Under the pieces are notes generated by a model, which was not told the DNA's origin, searched no databases, and saw nothing but the letters and a program-made list of their open reading frames with translations. A stretch of DNA of 64,000 nucleotides from the NCBI RefSeq assembly GCF_006345805.1, contig NC_042998.1, forward strand, positions 25,482,001-25,546,000, given 5' to 3'. A program made the translations under genes and the position numbers. Shown one piece after another: positions 60,943 to 64,000 of this stretch; the first letter of the stretch is position 1, and each line of letters begins with the position of its first letter. This DNA is from Octopus sinensis. Taxonomy: Eukaryota.

Positions 60943-62087
60943 TAATAAGGGTAGAAATTGATGTTAATCAATGAAAACCAGTGGCTCAGCATATTTAAAA
61001 AATCCGAAGATTAAAAATTGTGATACATACAAAATTAAGAGGAGTGGTCATTCCTCTTAATTTTATATATATATATATATGATGGGCTTCTACACAGTTT
61101 CTGTTTCCCAAATTCTCTCAGAAGACAATGATCAGCCAGGGGGCTAGAGTAGAAAAGACTTGCTTAAGGTCCCACATTTAGAGACTGAACCTGAAGCCAC
61201 ATGGTTGCAAAGCAAGCTTCTTAACCATGTAGGCATGTCTTGTGTCTATGTGAAACATCAATGAAATAAGATGACTTATCATTGAAATGTGCTACATTAA
61301 TTATGTTACCATATATTTCAGTTTTATGGCTGTGTTTTTGAAATTGTCTCTCATTTTATCCAATGGCTCCATTGAAACAGCTATACTCTATCACCATGTC
61401 AACTTGACTATAATTTCAATATTCAAATATTAGAAGTCTTTCAAGTATTCTTGACTTTATTGTTCTTCAATATTTTTTTTTTTATTTCTTTAAACTTAAT
61501 ATTTCTTTACATTTACAGATATTTCAAGAAGTCTCAGCAATTATAATAAATTTAATGTACTACAAATGTATGAGTTCATAAGAAATATTTCTTTTATTAT
61601 GAATATGAAAGCATTGCAAAACAGATGATAAAAAGAAATATTCAGAAAATGTCTTTTTTTATGTAACAAATTACATTAAAAAAAAAGAAAAAGCAACACA
61701 ATAGCAATTTTTATGGGATGATAGAAAATTTCTCATGTGGAACAAAGTGGTCTTGTGGTTCACCATTTCTGTTAAATACAAGCACTTTTTTTAAGAGCTA
61801 CATTTCCTCAAATATCTAAGTTATTTGAAATTATTGTGGAACATTTCAGATTTTTCAGATTAGACTACAGCTTATAACATGCAGCTATGTTCAGTGAATA
61901 TACGCTTACAAGAGAAAGAATAAATTCCATAGTTTTAAGTATCACTGCAAAGATGTCCTGGATTGATTCCATCAAGATGAGGCCATAAGATGACAAGAGA
62001 CAAAGCTATTTTGATAATGCCAATATATATTTGGGTGGCAGGTAATAAAACCAGATTTGATTTAATTATAATTTGAAATTTGTAGGC

Positions 62088-62249
62088 ATAGGAGTGGTTG
62101 TGTGGTAAGTAGTTTGCTTACAAACCACATGGTTCCAAGTTCAGTCCCACTGCGTGGCATCTTGGGTAAGTGTCTTCTACTATAGCCTCAGAACAACCAA
62201 AGCCTTGTGAGTGGATTTGATAGATGGAAACTGAAAGAAGCCCATCATA

Positions 62250-62298
<49 letters not shown>

Positions 62299-62882
62299 TC
62301 TGCTCAGAACTTAGTGCTTGCTTTTTCCATGGGTATGAGTAAGTATTTCACTTATATCTCGTGTATTTGCCGCTGAAGAGGGGAAAATTTCTTATTAATT
62401 AACCCCGAAATTGGACCAATATGGTAATAACGAATTTTTTAGAGATTTCTATCGGTTTGTTTCGAGATGCATAAATTATAATGGTTATTGAAAAGTTTTG
62501 TCTTTTTTTGGAGCATATTTGGCATTAGAATTTTTCTTTTGCCCTTATCTTGTAAATTATTTATAAATTTAACCTTTAAAGGTATTTTTTGATATGCTGG
62601 CCATTGATAAAATTTTTTTCCCGAAAAAAATTTTATCCTACATTACTTATATATATATGTATGTGTGTATGTATATGTTTGTGTGTCTGTGTTTGTTCCC
62701 CCAACGTCGCTTGAAAACCGATGCTGGTGTGTTTACATCCCTGTCACTTAGTGATTTGGCAAAAGAGACCGATAGAATAAGTACTAGGCTTACAAAGAAT
62801 AAGTCCTGGGGTCGATTTGCTTGACTAAAAGTCGGTGCTCCAACATGGCCACAGTCACATGACTGAAAAAAGTAAAAGAGTA
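62088..62882 (+). mobile_element. SINE family B interrupted in its central (TA)n by a Penelope-type fragment (~62295-62645)
   Basis: 5' half 62088-62255, 3' half 62652-62882. Confidence 0.8.
62367..62427 (+). ncRNA. Type I hammerhead ribozyme motif
   Basis: TTGCCG-CTGAAGA-GGGG-(19 nt)-CCCC-GAAA-TTGGACCAA-TA-TGGTAA. Canonical G-C closing pair of stem II; 6-bp stem I with two G-U pairs. Confidence 0.75.
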
Positions 62883-63029
62883 ATTTGGATTCAGAATAAT
62901 TTAATCAATTTCTACCATAATATTTAATCATATTTTCTGTCATTGTCTCCAGGCCATGCAGCATCTATGTGGTCACCTTAAGTGCTAGAACTAGCAGCCA
63001 AGTAGCCATCAAATTGTACCTTACTGTCA

Positions 63030-63463
63030 TCACCATCATTTAATGTCCATTTTCCATGCTGGCATAGGTTGGACAGTTTGACAGGAGTGGGCAAGGCCAG
63101 GGGACCATACCAGGTTTCATAGTCTGTTTGGCTTGGTTTCTATGGCTGGATGCCCTTCCTAATGCCAACAACTTTACAGAGTGTACTGGATACCTTTTAC
63201 ATTGCACCAGCGCATAGTTTCTGTTTATGTGTCACCAGCAGAGGTGCTTTTTACGTGATACCAGCACAAATGCTTTTTATGTGGCACTAGCATGGGTGCT
63301 TTTTATGTGACACCTCGGCAGAATTTGACTTTGCCTTTCATCTTTTCGGGGTCAATGAATAAAGTACCAGTTTCACACTGGAGTCAATGTAATCGACTTA
63401 ATCCCTTTATCTGTCCTTGTTTGTCCCCTCTATGTTTAGCCCCTTGTGGGCAGTAAAGAAATA
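63030..63463. mobile_element. Family D (minus, 63030-63310) fused to a SINE A 3' part (plus, 63315-63463)
   Basis: D and A motifs. Confidence 0.7.
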
Positions 63464-64000
63464 TATATGACACCAGCACAGTGCTTTGTATGCAACACCA
63501 GCACAAGGACACCTCACTGTCCTAGATATACAAAAAAGGCTGCACAGGCATAGACAGAAAGTCTTTAATTATTAGCATGTTTATTCAGGATTGGCCTGAC
63601 CCTAAATAATAACCACAACACAGGCAAAACGACTTGGAATATGTTATAATGCAAAGATGAAAGAAACAAGCTGAGTTCTTATCTTTATTTGCACTCATAT
63701 GCATGCATGTGAAATACGTAATGTCATTAAAGAATTCATATGGCAAGTAATAAATATATGAATAATGTATGTTAAATATGACCTGCTCTCAAATGATTAC
63801 AAGTGGAATGTGATACGACTGGGGGAATATGATGAAAATAATACTACTTTGAATGAATTCAGTAATTTCATAAAGTAGAGGAGAAAATGATTTATTTCCA
63901 TAATGTATTATTTTTCAATAATTATGGATCCAGCACAAAGAAAAATAATCTACATTTCTAAACAGTTAATTATTATTTTTGTTATCATAATTATTATAGG

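Noticed and set aside
63770-63810. SNDYKWN resembling viral RdRp motif A
   Set aside because: The spacing does not match DxxKW, and no motif B or C is found nearby; insufficient for a viral call.

Overview
AT-rich eukaryotic genomic DNA with no convincing intact protein-coding gene, rRNA, tRNA or CRISPR array. The repeat families look like those of an octopod cephalopod (Octopus-like); this is recognition, not a database result. The window is intronic or intergenic and packed with mobile DNA. (i) At least four tRNA-headed SINE families, labelled here A/A', B, C and E. (ii) Many 3' ends of an RTE LINE with a modular 3' UTR and (GAT)n tail, labelled D. (iii) Decayed LINE ORF fragments (RTE, RTE-X-like, CR1-like, R4/Dong-like). 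(iv) A 5'-truncated, frameshifted Penelope-like element (RT + GIY-YIG, ~26.4-28.9 kb, minus strand). (v) Mariner, hAT and Helitron/HINE-type non-autonomous DNA elements. (vi) Abundant (TA)n, (CA)n, (GA)n and (GAT)n microsatellites, which explain nearly all ORFs in the supplied track. The most notable signal is a set of minimal hammerhead-ribozyme motifs from several unrelated sequence families: three near-complete (22514, 26465, 62367) and several decayed. They lie in Penelope-type termini, many beside (TA)n tracts, and such termini often carry long copy-specific fold-back inverted repeats. Also notable are a six-unit head-to-tail SINE array bounded by a single 10-bp target-site duplication, and blocks of unique sequence that may be a fossil reading frame. 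All alignments and translations were done by eye; coordinates of decayed repeats are approximate.
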